64,000 bases of DNA from Gemmatimonadota bacterium (GCA_036679605.1 JAZDCZ010000243.1:62721-126720), one strand, 5' to 3'. Shown: positions 1 through 9,881, counted from the first letter of the stretch. The notes: generated from the letters alone by a model not told the origin. Translations and numbers: made by a program.

Positions 1-191
1 GGAATGATCTCGACCGTCCAGACACCGTTGCCCATCTTTGCCGACACGGCTCCGAAGATCTGTCCGCATTTCTGGGCACCCTCTCCCGAATCGGAGACTA
101 TCTCCACTGTGTGCTCAGATAGGTGCACTATGGGCGGAACGGTCACGGCGACTTCGGAAGTCGTATGTTGCGATGTGGCTGAAGAGGTCAT
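1..191 (-). CDS. 2-oxoacid:acceptor oxidoreductase alpha subunit, N-terminal part (runs off the window start)
   Basis: Not in the ORF track. Manual translation from ATG at 191 gives MTSSATSQ...HTVEIVSDSGEGAQKCGQIFGAVSAKMGNGVWTVEII, containing the DSGEG motif of the gamma-like domain. Confidence 0.75.
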   Translation of the reverse strand, partial: MTSSATSQHTTSEVAVTVPPIVHLSEHTVEIVSDSGEGAQKCGQIFGAVSAKMGNGVWTVEII

Positions 192-433
192 GGTCGGTCC
201 CCGGGGCCCGCCGCGAGCGTTGATGTACTCGATGCAGGTCAGCGTATGTGTTCTGGTCTAATTCATTAATAGTTAAATCATCTCAGCAGACGCTTTAAGG
301 AAGATTGTATGAAGAGATCTTCACAAAGCGACAGATCTCGATACCTTGGAGACGACGGTTTTGACAAGGTGCCTCCATTGCAGGCCGTGCTACCTTGCCA
401 GCAGCACGGCCGATGGAAAGGTTAGGAGGACTC

Positions 434-1669
434 ATGGTTGGATTTCGATCTCTGATCCGCTTCGTGGCTCTCAGTTCGAGCGTCGCCGTTGCTTCGTGCA
501 GCGTGAGCGATTCTCCGTCCGTTACTACCACGACGCGCGACAGCGCCGGCATAACGATTGTCGAGAACAGTTCGTCGACGGGAGCCGGGCTACCCATCTG
601 GCGTTTCGTCGAGCCCCCATCGGTGGAGATTGGCGTACTGGAGGGTGATCCTGCCTATCAATTGAACGGAGTAGTTGGTGCGATTCGTCTTACGGACGGT
701 CGCATAGTAGTTGCCGACGGAGGTAGTAGAGAGATTCGTTTCTTCGGTGAATCGGGAAATCACTTGCTCACAGTTGGTGGAAGAGGGGAGGGGCCCGGAG
801 AGTTTGCACGCCTCGCGTCGATAGACCGGTTGAATGGCGATACGCTTGTCGCGTCGGACTGGCCGATCGGTACGCGCAGCTGGTTCGACTCCAACGGACT
901 CTTTCTGGATAAGACGCGCGTGGGTCCTTACTGGCCGGGGCTAATAGGGCACACATTGGTCGACGGGTCACTCTTGGTAGACGTGTACGAGAGGAACTCG
1001 TACGGCAACGAGTTAGAGTGGTGGGCCGCACGTGGCCAGGAGGATCTGTTCCGGCCGAGCGGACAAATACTTCTGGTCTCGCGGACGGGCGATCGAGCAG
1101 ACACCGTGCGCAGCGTAATAGGAGAAGAATGGTTCAAGATTGGCAAGTTGAGGCAGGGTCTCACCATTCATGCCCTCCCGTTTGCACGTACTACCAAAAT
1201 TGCGTGGGCGAGCGATAACATATTCGTCGGTGAAACGGGGCATCCCGCAGTCGAAGTCTATGGGTTGGACGGCAGGCTACTGAGACTAATCCGATGGGAG
1301 AGTTCTTCGGTCCCGGTGACAGCTCGAGATCGCAGCGATTTCAAGAGCGAGTTGCTGGGCTCCCTGCGGCGACCCAATAGGCGGCCCGGGTTTGAAAGAT
1401 GGCTGGCAGCCGTGACCTATCCTGATACGAAACCCGCCTTTCGAGAACTGGCAACAGATCGCGCCGGCCGGTTGTGGGTCGCGAGCTGGCCGAAGGCGGG
1501 AACTGAGCGCGACAATTGGATTGTGTTTGCGTCAGATGGTCGAATGATTGCAACGGTCGATGCACCGGAGGGTCTCACGTTGATGGATATCGGCGACGAC
1601 TACGTAGTGTCACTTTGGAAGGGCGAACTCGGCGTGGAGTATGTGCGAGTTCATGAGTTGGTGAAGTGA
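434..1669 (+). CDS. 6-bladed beta-propeller (NHL-like) lipoprotein
   Basis: GGRGEGPGEF motif and lipobox-like VASC. AGGAGGA RBS before ATG 434 (track start 395). Confidence 0.75.
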   Translation: MVGFRSLIRFVALSSSVAVASCSVSDSPSVTTTTRDSAGITIVENSSSTGAGLPIWRFVEPPSVEIGVLEGDPAYQLNGVVGAIRLTDGRIVVADGGSREIRFFGESGNHLLTVGGRGEGPGEFARLASIDRLNGDTLVASDWPIGTRSWFDSNGLFLDKTRVGPYWPGLIGHTLVDGSLLVDVYERNSYGNELEWWAARGQEDLFRPSGQILLVSRTGDRADTVRSVIGEEWFKIGKLRQGLTIHALPFARTTKIAWASDNIFVGETGHPAVEVYGLDGRLLRLIRWESSSVPVTARDRSDFKSELLGSLRRPNRRPGFERWLAAVTYPDTKPAFRELATDRAGRLWVASWPKAGTERDNWIVFASDGRMIATVDAPEGLTLMDIGDDYVVSLWKGELGVEYVRVHELVK

Positions 1670-1709
1670 GGAGATTTTAGCCACTGCATACCATAGGAAT
1701 GGCCTTACC

Positions 1710-2126
1710 ATGACTACATCTATCAAGCCGGGCCTGTCCCATGAATTTTCGTATGTAGTACCCGAGAACAAGACCGTACCACACCTGTTTCCGGAGGCAG
1801 CCGAGTTTCAGGTGATGCCGAGGGTTCTTGCGACGGGTTTCATGGTCGGGTTGGTAGAATGGACCTGTGTTCGGGCCCTAGCTCCACATTTGGAATCGGG
1901 GTCGGTCACAGTCGGAACCCACGTGAACCTGAGCCACTCGGCGGCGACGCCACCCGGCCTCACCGTCACCGTTCAAGTGCGATTGACGGAAGTCAAAGAC
2001 AAGAAACTCACCTTTGGGGTTACGGCACACGATGGTGTGGACACGATCTGCACTGGAACGCACGACCGATTCATCGTCGACGAGGCACGCTTCGCAGCAG
2101 GTATCGCCAAAAAGCGAATCGGCTGA
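1710..2126 (+). CDS. Hotdog-fold thioesterase (fluoroacetyl-CoA thioesterase FlK-like)
   Basis: VLATGFMVGLVE, TVGTHVNLSHSAATPPG and GTHDRFIV motifs. Confidence 0.85.
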   Translation: MTTSIKPGLSHEFSYVVPENKTVPHLFPEAAEFQVMPRVLATGFMVGLVEWTCVRALAPHLESGSVTVGTHVNLSHSAATPPGLTVTVQVRLTEVKDKKLTFGVTAHDGVDTICTGTHDRFIVDEARFAAGIAKKRIG

Positions 2127-2169
2127 GGTTCCGATCCATCTTTGCTTTACAAATCATCCGGGAGTGTAC

Positions 2170-3534
2170 ATGGACCGCCGTAATTTCGTTCGTTTTTCTA
2201 CCCGCCTGACCGGAGGGGCAGTCGCTGGATTTTCTGCACTACAGGCACTCGCATGTAACGGTCGAGTGGTTAGGCAGCCGGAGGGCGCAAGCGGAGAAGG
2301 CGGCTACGGTCCGCTGTTCGAGGCAGGTCCCGAACTAGCGCTGCCCGAGGGGTTCGAGTATCGAGTAATTGGAGTGGAGGGCGCTCAGATGTCGGATGGA
2401 AATGCGACACCGTCGATGCACGATGGTATGTGCTCTCTCCCGTTACCCAACGGCAATATCCGGCTGATCAGAAATCACGAGGTAGCGAATCGGCCAGCGG
2501 ACGGAGCGGCGTTCGGTAGCCAGGACCAGGCATACGATCACCGGGCTGGTGGAGGCACGACGTCCTTGGAGATCGACCCCGCTACGCGTGAGGTGGTGCG
2601 CGACTTCGCGAGTCTGAATGGCACGTACCGCAACTGTGCCGGTGGTCCCACACCGTGGGGTTCGTGGCTGTCGTGCGAGGAGACATTTGCCGCGCCTGGT
2701 GACGGTTTCACCCAACTGCATGGCTATGTCTTCGATGTGCCGGGATCGTTAGAAGACACTCGGCCTGCGGTACCGCTGCGGTCGATGGGTCGCTTCGTTC
2801 ACGAGGCGGTCGCAGTAGATCCCGCGACCGGGATCGTGTACGAGACCGAAGACAGCGGGCGCGCGGGGCTATATCGGTTTCTGCCCGACAGCCCGTATGT
2901 GAACGGAGAGGGCGGGGATCTCACAGCGGGCGGCACGTTGCAGATGCTGGCGGTCAGCGAACAACCCAACTACGACACAGCGACTGGTCAGACGGCAGGT
3001 GCGGTGCTTCCGGTCACCTGGGTGGACATTCCCGATCCCGATCCGACCGATACGGACAATTCGTCGGCCGTGTTCGAGCAGGGTTGGGAGTCAGGCGGCG
3101 CCCGTTTTAGCCGGCTGGAGGGTGCCTGGTACGGTAGCGGCAAAGTCTACGTCGTGTCGACGAGCGGTGGGGATGCTAGGCGGGGTCAGATATGGCAACT
3201 CGATCCGTCCGGTTCGGATGGTGGCGAGCTGACGCTCCTGTTCGAATCGCCAAGCGCTGCTGTGTTGGGTAACCCGGACAACATATGTGTGAGTCCCCGC
3301 GGCGGTATCGTGCTGTGTGAAGACGGTTCGAACGATCCGCAGAAACTTCGCGGACTCACGCCCGATGGAGAGATCTTCGACTTGGTTGCTAACATCGCGA
3401 ACCCGCGAGAGGTGGCCGGAGCGACGTTCAGTCCGGACGGAGCAACTTTGTTCTTCAACGCTCAGGGTACGCCTGGGCAGATTCTCGGGATGACGTTTGC
3501 GGTGTGGGGCCCGTGGGAACGTGGCGCACTGTGA
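2170..3534 (+). CDS. PhoX/DUF839-family Tat-exported alkaline phosphatase-like protein
   Basis: Tat signal MDRRNF; RNHE, NCAGGPTPWGSWLSCEE, GRFVHEA and PDNI motifs; GGAG RBS. Confidence 0.85.
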   Translation: MDRRNFVRFSTRLTGGAVAGFSALQALACNGRVVRQPEGASGEGGYGPLFEAGPELALPEGFEYRVIGVEGAQMSDGNATPSMHDGMCSLPLPNGNIRLIRNHEVANRPADGAAFGSQDQAYDHRAGGGTTSLEIDPATREVVRDFASLNGTYRNCAGGPTPWGSWLSCEETFAAPGDGFTQLHGYVFDVPGSLEDTRPAVPLRSMGRFVHEAVAVDPATGIVYETEDSGRAGLYRFLPDSPYVNGEGGDLTAGGTLQMLAVSEQPNYDTATGQTAGAVLPVTWVDIPDPDPTDTDNSSAVFEQGWESGGARFSRLEGAWYGSGKVYVVSTSGGDARRGQIWQLDPSGSDGGELTLLFESPSAAVLGNPDNICVSPRGGIVLCEDGSNDPQKLRGLTPDGEIFDLVANIANPREVAGATFSPDGATLFFNAQGTPGQILGMTFAVWGPWERGAL

Positions 3535-3603
3535 GAGTTGCTTCGGCGACGAACGGCCAGCCGAAGGTTTACTTGTCGGAATACTCTCTTCACGGCTGGC
3601 GAC

Positions 3604-3963
3604 TCAGATGGTCCGAAGCTCCCGCAACGTCCGGTTGCTCTGAACGTTACCCGTGTTGACGGTCGACTTGGGCTCAAACAGGAGTACGTGAACTTCTTCC
3701 GCGGCCACCGGTTTGTGCTCCACGCAGCGCGGCACGATCAAGAACTCACCTTCGTCGAGCGTCACGTCTTTGTCGCGGAACTTGATGAGCAACCGACCCT
3801 TGACCACCAAGAACAGTTCGTCTTCGTCGTCATGGCTGTGCCATACAAACTCGCCTTGGAGCTTGGTCAGTTTGACGTATTGGCCATTCAGTTCACCGAC
3901 GATTCGTGGATTCCACTGGTCGTTGAACAGCGCCAACTTTTCCTTGATGGATACCTTTTCCAT
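3604..3963 (-). CDS. Cupin domain protein
   Basis: GEFVWHSHDDEDELFLV and VPRCVEHKP motifs; GAGG RBS before ATG 3963. Confidence 0.9.
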   Translation of the reverse strand: MEKVSIKEKLALFNDQWNPRIVGELNGQYVKLTKLQGEFVWHSHDDEDELFLVVKGRLLIKFRDKDVTLDEGEFLIVPRCVEHKPVAAEEVHVLLFEPKSTVNTGNVQSNRTLRELRTI

Positions 3964-4026
3964 ACGTGTAACCTCATTGTTTGCAGACACTCGGCCTAAC
4001 CACCGCTAAAGCCGCAGCCCGACGGG

Positions 4027-4488
4027 TCAACCTCGCAAGCGTTTGATTTCCTCGAGCACTTCGATATCTGCCGCGTCCTGCAGGCGTCCCGTTCGCTTAG
4101 ACGCGATCAGGTGATCGATAGAGGCAGTTGGAATTCCCACCCCCTCCAGCTCGAACGTTGTCGCCTCGCGGATTGCTTCGGGGAAATGAATGTTCCATGC
4201 GACGGTCATGATATCAACTTTTGGTATGTCACCGATCACTGTAATGAGTCTGTTAGCAATCTCTTCAGCCAGCCACTCCTTGGCCAGTCCAAACCCTAGT
4301 TCGCCGAGCGCGCTCAATACGCACCTTGCGTTCTCGACAGTCGCTTCGATCAGGATATCTATGTCACGCGTCGCCCTTGTAATGCCCCACAATTGCATGG
4401 CCGAGGCGCCGATCAGGACATACTTGGCGTGGTGCAAGTTGAGCGCGGAGCAGACCTGCGCAAGCCGGGTCTCGTAGCGATCTGTCAC
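4027..4488 (-). CDS. Nucleotidyltransferase (DUF6036/MNT-like)
   Basis: IGASA...RATRDIDI and SKRTGRLQDAADI motifs; overlaps the upstream gene by 4 nt. Confidence 0.75.
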   Translation of the reverse strand: MTDRYETRLAQVCSALNLHHAKYVLIGASAMQLWGITRATRDIDILIEATVENARCVLSALGELGFGLAKEWLAEEIANRLITVIGDIPKVDIMTVAWNIHFPEAIREATTFELEGVGIPTASIDHLIASKRTGRLQDAADIEVLEEIKRLRG

Positions 4489-4883
4489 GGCGTCAGCCGC
4501 TCGCGCCGATCCCAGGCCAAATAGTCCTCGTAACTGTCGAATGTTAGTACCCGATTGGTTGGGCCCGGCGGTCTCCGCAGCTCCGCTACGCGGGCGGTCC
4601 GCTCTGCCTCTTTGACTCGTTGCTCCGGCGTAAGACGCAGATCGGCCTCGAGCTGGGCACGACGATATAGCCCAAGCCCTGGCCTCGGATTCACATCGTA
4701 AGGATTGACGGTCGTCTCCTTCACTAGAGTCTGGTCCCGCCCCTGGGTAAGGGGCTGCGCCAAATACCGGCGCAGAGCTTCAACTACCAGCCAGCTGCGC
4801 GACCGGTCGAGCGCAAGCGCCCGCTCATCGGCCTGACTTACGACAGACTCGGGAATCGTGATCGAGATACGTTTGAGTGCCAT
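4485..4883 (-). CDS. Ribbon-helix-helix (CopG-like) protein with a C-terminal extension, putative partner of the NTase
   Basis: KRISITIP...DRSRSWLVVEALRRYL RHH pattern. Confidence 0.75.
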   Translation of the reverse strand: MALKRISITIPESVVSQADERALALDRSRSWLVVEALRRYLAQPLTQGRDQTLVKETTVNPYDVNPRPGLGLYRRAQLEADLRLTPEQRVKEAERTARVAELRRPPGPTNRVLTFDSYEDYLAWDRRERLTP

Positions 4884-4913
4884 AGTATGAGCAAGTATTA
4901 CTCTTGCATACTA
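4883..4913. promoter_or_regulatory. Inverted repeat TAGTATG...CATACTA at the RHH start, putative operator
   Basis: 7-bp arms at 4883-4889 and 4907-4913, with inner GCAAG/CTTGC. Confidence 0.5.
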
Positions 4914-5026
4914 ACGTCCCGGTAGGTTTGTGGCAAGGTGCCGTCACGGTTCCAGCGGGGCGCCCGAAGTTCTCGGACCGAACCCAGACAGATTATCTTG
5001 GATGTCCGAAACGTCTAGGAGTGCTC

Positions 5027-5563
5027 ATGCCCACAACTCGATCGATTCTATTCATTTCCGTTGTCCTGTCGTTGATCGCCGTTCCAACGTGGGCCCAGAG
5101 TTCACCGACTGACTACCGCGACGAGTTCCTGGAGCACTTCAATCGATCCACCCGCAAACTAGAGATGCTTTCGAAGGCCGTGCCCGAAGAACTGTATGAG
5201 TGGAGCCCGGGCGAGGGAGTCATGTCTATCGCTAGGGTCTACGCCCACCTCGCGCGCTACAACTACCTGTATCTCGAAGAGAACCTCGGCATCCCTGCAC
5301 CATCCGGCATCGATTGGGCCAACTTCGAGTCGATCACTGACAAGGCGACGGTGGTGGAGCTGCTAGGGAAGTCGATTGAGCACGTCAAGCGCTCGACCGG
5401 GCAGATGACAGAGTCTGACCTCACGCGACCGACGGTTCTGTACGGGCGTCGGGTCGCTGGATGGGCTGTCCTGTTTCAGCTACTGGCACACATGAACGAG
5501 CACACGGGACAATCAGTCGCCTATGCCCGGATGAACGGCATCGTTCCGCCCTGGTCGAGGTAA
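5027..5563 (+). CDS. Exported DinB-family protein
   Basis: Signal peptide; SIARVYAH and HMNEHTGQSVAYARMNGIVPPWS motifs; AGGAG RBS. Confidence 0.85.
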   Translation: MPTTRSILFISVVLSLIAVPTWAQSSPTDYRDEFLEHFNRSTRKLEMLSKAVPEELYEWSPGEGVMSIARVYAHLARYNYLYLEENLGIPAPSGIDWANFESITDKATVVELLGKSIEHVKRSTGQMTESDLTRPTVLYGRRVAGWAVLFQLLAHMNEHTGQSVAYARMNGIVPPWSR

Positions 5564-5575
5564 CTCAAGCACACG

Positions 5576-5884
5576 ATGGACACTCGCTTCGAGGCAGGGA
5601 TTCAGCGGTTGCGCGAGGCGGTTCTCACGGGACCGGGGATGCTTGATCGTGACTTGCGTGCGGCGGCGTACCAAGCACTCGATAACCCGGGGCCGCTAGC
5701 GGTGTACGTCAAACAGATAGCCTCGCAGGCCTATAAAGTGACCGACGACCACGTCTTGGCGTTGCGCAACGCGGGCTTCAGCGAGGACCAGATTTTTGAG
5801 GCCACCGTGTGTGCGGCGGTAGGGGCGGGTCTGGCGCGACTGGAACGAGGTTTGGATGCCTTGAAAAGTGCAGAGCGAGCATGA
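5576..5884 (+). CDS. Small AhpD/CMD-like helical protein lacking CxxC
   Basis: YKVTDDHVLALRNAGFSEDQIFE resembles the CMD C-terminal half; ATGA overlap with the next gene. Confidence 0.65.
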   Translation: MDTRFEAGIQRLREAVLTGPGMLDRDLRAAAYQALDNPGPLAVYVKQIASQAYKVTDDHVLALRNAGFSEDQIFEATVCAAVGAGLARLERGLDALKSAERA

Positions 5885-6465
5885 GACTGGCCTGCCTGGA
5901 ACGTGGCCATCGGTTCAAAGAGAAGCTCATACTCTGGATGGCCTGGCTCATGATGCGCTCCGAAGTCCCCGATATTGCCAAGACACTGCTGTACCGCCCG
6001 GATTTTTTCGGGAAGCCCTTCGGCGATTTGGTTCAAAAGCTACTGCGTGGTCCGTCGGAGTGGAGCGTGGGCGAACGGGAACTCTTCGCCGCCTATACAT
6101 CGAAGCTCAACCAGTGCGTGTTCTGAACTGGATCCCACGGCGCGGTCGCGTCGGTGGAGCTAGGTCAAGATCTAACTCAGGCAGTACTCGCTGATCCGGC
6201 TTCTGCACCTATTGACGATCGTCTGCGCACGACGCTTGGCTTGCTGAAGAAACTGACTCTCTCCCCAGACCAAGTGGGACCGGCGGATGTGGATACCGTA
6301 CGTCAGTCTGGGGTGAGTGTAGAGGCAATCAGCGATGCGATCCACATATGTGCTCTATTCAACATCATCGATCGCGTTGCCGACTCCATGCAATTCCGGA
6401 TCCCCTCGCAACAAGAGTTTGCCCGTGGTGCCAACCTTGTGCTCAAGTGGGGCTACAAGCTATGA
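5881..6465 (+). CDS. AhpD/carboxymuconolactone decarboxylase-like selenoprotein (CxxU, 194 aa, U82)
   Basis: In-frame TGA at 6124-6126 within NQCVF-U-TGSH. The frame continues into track ORF 6154-6465, and a hairpin follows the TGA. Confidence 0.8.
6135..6157 (+). promoter_or_regulatory. Bacterial SECIS-like hairpin
   Basis: CCAC-GGCGC-[GGUC]-GCGUC-G-GUGG; the G-starting loop lies 17 nt after the UGA. Confidence 0.7.
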
Positions 6466-6505
6466 CCACACCGTGAGCTACCCCAAACCTAGAGGTCGAA
6501 AACAG

Positions 6506-7783
6506 ATGAGATTTACTATCGCGTTATTCGGTTTATCCGCTGCTTTGCTCGTCGCGGGCTGTGCTGTCGACTCGGAACTTCCGCCCTGCGCGCCCGACAA
6601 CGCTGGGCTGACGCTTCCCGACGGTTTTTGTGCGCTCGTGGTTGCGGACGTTGAGGTAGGTGACAGCGTGGCCGCGGTGCGCCACTTGACTGTAGCCGGC
6701 AACGGCGACGTGTTTGCGGCACTCAACACGGGCGGGTTCGTGGTGCTCCGCGATTCAGACGGTGACGGCGCTGCCGACATTCAGCGGCATTATGATGGCG
6801 ACCGAGCTACCGGAATCGCGCTGCACGACGGATACCTCTATTTCGCGCCGGATGATTCTATCATACGGTATCGGTGGCCTGAGGGTGCGCTCGAACCCTC
6901 GGGCGACGCCGAACTGGTTGCCGGTGCGCTCCACCGAGAAGGTCGCTGGCATAGCGCAAAGGGCTTCGCTATCGGAGCGGACGGCTCGCTGTTCGTGAAC
7001 ATCGGTGCCCCAGCCAACGTCTGCATGCAGCAACCACGCGGCCAGGGACAATCTGGCATAGATCCCTGTCCGTTGCTGGAGGTGGCCGGAGGGATTTGGC
7101 GATTTGATGCAAACCGAACCGGACAGACTCAAGCCGTGGATGGCGAACGTTACACAACTGGCATGCGCAACACTTTCGCGCTGACGATTCATCCGGAGAC
7201 GGGATCGCTCTTCGGAGTGCAGCACGGTCGGGACGCGCTTGCCGGGTTCTGGCCGGCTCTGTTCACCACCGCCGAGAGCGCGGAGAAGCCGGCTGAGGAA
7301 TTCATGCGGCTCGAGCGCGGCCAGAATTATGGCTGGCCGTATTGTTACTACGACCGCGAGCGACAGTTGAAGGTCCTGGCACCAGAGTATGGCGGCGACG
7401 GAGAAGTCCAGGGACGTTGTGCAGACAAGGCGCTGCCCGTCACCGCTTTTCCTGGCCATTGGGCGCCTGAGGCGGTGAGCTTTTATATGGCAGATCAATT
7501 TCCTGCACCGTACCGTGGCGGCGCGTTCGTGACGTTTCACGGCTCGTGGAACCGTGCGCCAGAACCACAGGCCGGGTATAACATCGCGTTCGTCCCGTTC
7601 AATGGTGATGACCCGGCCGGAGAGTTTACTGTGTTCGCCGACGGCTTTGCGGGGGATGATGTATCTCCCGGTGGTGCGCTGCACAGACCCACCGGCCTAG
7701 CGGTCGGACCGGACGGATCGCTGTACGTAGGCGATGACCGGGGCGGACGGATCTATAGAATCATCTATACAGGTGATCGCTAG
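6506..7783 (+). CDS. PQQ-dependent glucose/sorbosone dehydrogenase-family lipoprotein
   Basis: Lipobox VAGC; GMRN, NYGWPYCY, FHGSWNR and RPTGLAVGPDGSLYVGDD motifs. Confidence 0.85.
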   Translation: MRFTIALFGLSAALLVAGCAVDSELPPCAPDNAGLTLPDGFCALVVADVEVGDSVAAVRHLTVAGNGDVFAALNTGGFVVLRDSDGDGAADIQRHYDGDRATGIALHDGYLYFAPDDSIIRYRWPEGALEPSGDAELVAGALHREGRWHSAKGFAIGADGSLFVNIGAPANVCMQQPRGQGQSGIDPCPLLEVAGGIWRFDANRTGQTQAVDGERYTTGMRNTFALTIHPETGSLFGVQHGRDALAGFWPALFTTAESAEKPAEEFMRLERGQNYGWPYCYYDRERQLKVLAPEYGGDGEVQGRCADKALPVTAFPGHWAPEAVSFYMADQFPAPYRGGAFVTFHGSWNRAPEPQAGYNIAFVPFNGDDPAGEFTVFADGFAGDDVSPGGALHRPTGLAVGPDGSLYVGDDRGGRIYRIIYTGDR

Positions 7784-7896
7784 TTCGATGCACGCTGTCG
7801 CTTGAGCGAACAAATCTGCTGAGCCGCGAGTTTACTTGTGGAACGCGAGTGGGTGCCCTTCAAGTTGAAAAGCTAGTCGAGGGCCGATAGGGACAA

Positions 7897-8892
7897 TCAG
7901 TCGATGCGGTAGTCAGCTACCTGAACCTCCTTGCCATAGTCGGCGTAGTCTCCATCGGTTCTGCGTTGCCGGAAGGATCCCCAGTTGATACTGCGGTATC
8001 TGGGAGCGCCAAGCGTGAGCGATTCTAGGGGAGCGTAGTCGGTGTTGTACGACGGGTTGAAGAAGAAGGGTATGCTGTAGCGCTCTAGTTCCTTGCGAGG
8101 TAGCACCCTGTGCAGTGCGGCCTTGTAACGGTCATTGGACCATACCTGCATCATGTCGCCCACGTTGATGACGAATGCCCCCTCGATGGGCTCTATGTCG
8201 ACCCACTTGCCATGCGATGAAACCTGGAGTCCGCCGCCGTCATCCTGCAACAAGATCGTCAGCGCGCCGGCGTCGGTATGATGGTGTAGCGCCATGTCGC
8301 CCAGTGCTGTGAGAGTTGTCGCGTTCTCCGGTTCTAGCGGATCGTCGAGAGGGTAGTAGTTGAGTCGCACGAAGCTGGTGTGATCATCGCCGAAATGAGG
8401 GCGCAACAGCTCCCGCGGTTGATCCAAACTTAGACAGAGTGCTTCAAGAATCGTAATGCCGAGTGTTTCGCAGGCTTGGAAATACTCGACCATTGTGCTG
8501 CGGAACGATGGTAGGCCGGAGGGCCACTGATTGTGCCCATCTATCTTCGTGTAGTTACTAGGATGGTTGTCCGTCAGTTCCGAGTGGATGACGTTACCGA
8601 AATCGAAGACCTCTTTGAGATCGCGCATATTCCTAGTCAGTTCTCGGTCGTAGTATCCCCTAGGGTTGTCCTTGCTGCGTGAAATGGCCAGCTTCTCATC
8701 GCGCGGCAGCGCGAAGAACTGTCGCGTACGAACCCAGACGCTTTCTAGGAGAGACGAGGATACACCGTGGTTCACTATCTGGAAAAAGCCGAACTCGGTA
8801 CAGGCGTCCGCGATCTCTTGTACGGCGCCGCGCCGCTCGTGCTCGTCGTCACTGCCGAGCACACCGATATCGACTACAGGGACTTTCTCCAT
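7897..8892 (-). CDS. 2OG-Fe(II) oxygenase, isopenicillin N synthase family
   Basis: GFFQIVNHG, HTD, NVGDMMQVWSND, HRV and RYS motifs. Confidence 0.9.
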   Translation of the reverse strand: MEKVPVVDIGVLGSDDEHERRGAVQEIADACTEFGFFQIVNHGVSSSLLESVWVRTRQFFALPRDEKLAISRSKDNPRGYYDRELTRNMRDLKEVFDFGNVIHSELTDNHPSNYTKIDGHNQWPSGLPSFRSTMVEYFQACETLGITILEALCLSLDQPRELLRPHFGDDHTSFVRLNYYPLDDPLEPENATTLTALGDMALHHHTDAGALTILLQDDGGGLQVSSHGKWVDIEPIEGAFVINVGDMMQVWSNDRYKAALHRVLPRKELERYSIPFFFNPSYNTDYAPLESLTLGAPRYRSINWGSFRQRRTDGDYADYGKEVQVADYRID

Positions 8893-8909
8893 ATACCCAA
8901 GGTCACCAC

Positions 8910-9881
8910 ATGTCCGGCACAGTCAACCTCGCTCTGATCGGCACGGGTAGGATAGCGGAGACGCAACTCGCGCCCGCTTTGGCTGTGGCAGACGGCGTGC
9001 AGCTCTGGAGTGTTCTTAGTAGAAACAAGGAACGCGCGGCCGAATTTGCGGAGAGTCACGACGCAAAGTCATCAGGGACTGCATACACGAGTCTGGACGC
9101 GCTGGTGAGTGATCCCGATCTCGACGGGATCATCATTGCAACTCCCGACAAGTTGCACGCGCAACAGTGCATAACAGCGGCGCGGGCAGGCAAGCATGTG
9201 TTGGTCGAGAAGCCCATGGCCACATCGCTGGATGATGCCGATCGGATGATCGAGGCGTGTGAGGCAGCCGCAGTGAGGCTGGGCGTTGCCTACCATCTTC
9301 GTTGGCACGGTGGACATCGACTCATTGCAGGCACAGTGCAATCAGGAAAACTCGGAGATATCCGACACATGCGGGTTCAATGGAGTTGGCGCGCGCCCGA
9401 CGCGAGCAACTGGCGCGCAAGCTCGGACGTGGGTCGTTGGTGGAGCTTGGCGGGTGTAGGCACCCACTGCCTCGATCTAATTCGATGGTTGATGGTTCCA
9501 ACTTGCGGTGAGGTCGAGCAAGTCAAGAGCGTGCTGAGCAACGCGGTGTGGCGTGGTCCACACGATGAGTCTGCGGTCGTGGCGCTGCGCTTCGAATCCG
9601 GTGCCACTGCCGAGTTTTGTTCCTCGGTGAATTTCGAGTCGCCGCACCGGATGGAGATCTATGGATCAGACGGATATGCGATCTGCACCGACACCCTCGG
9701 CGCACTGGGAGCCGGTACGATACAAACACGAGACGGCGATTTGGAGTTCTCTGTTGCCAACCCCTACGTGGGTGAAGTGCTGGACTTTGCAGCGGCCATA
9801 CGTGATGAGCGAGCGCCTGAAGTAGACGGGCGCGAAGGGCGTAGAAATGTTGAACTTTTGCTTGAAATGGTTGATGATTGA
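8910..9881 (+). CDS. Gfo/Idh/MocA oxidoreductase
   Basis: IGTGRIA and GKHVLVEKP motifs; homology starts at ATG 8910. Confidence 0.9.
   Translation: MSGTVNLALIGTGRIAETQLAPALAVADGVQLWSVLSRNKERAAEFAESHDAKSSGTAYTSLDALVSDPDLDGIIIATPDKLHAQQCITAARAGKHVLVEKPMATSLDDADRMIEACEAAAVRLGVAYHLRWHGGHRLIAGTVQSGKLGDIRHMRVQWSWRAPDASNWRASSDVGRWWSLAGVGTHCLDLIRWLMVPTCGEVEQVKSVLSNAVWRGPHDESAVVALRFESGATAEFCSSVNFESPHRMEIYGSDGYAICTDTLGALGAGTIQTRDGDLEFSVANPYVGEVLDFAAAIRDERAPEVDGREGRRNVELLLEMVDD

Noticed and set aside
3994..4026. GTTAGGC on the minus strand upstream of the cupin gene as an attC site
   Set aside because: Only the 7-bp core is present and I found no paired L boxes or R'' box. It is at most a relic.
5809..6465. 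Track ORFs 5809-6126 and 6154-6465 as two genes or a nonsense pseudogene
   Set aside because: They are in the same frame, the TGA sits at the catalytic Cys position and a SECIS-like hairpin follows, so one selenoprotein is more parsimonious.
6755..7684. Long antisense and alternate-frame ORFs (also 32857-33795, 54770-55513, 62262-63059 and others)
   Set aside because: Shadow ORFs of well-supported genes in GC-rich DNA, with no recognisable motifs.
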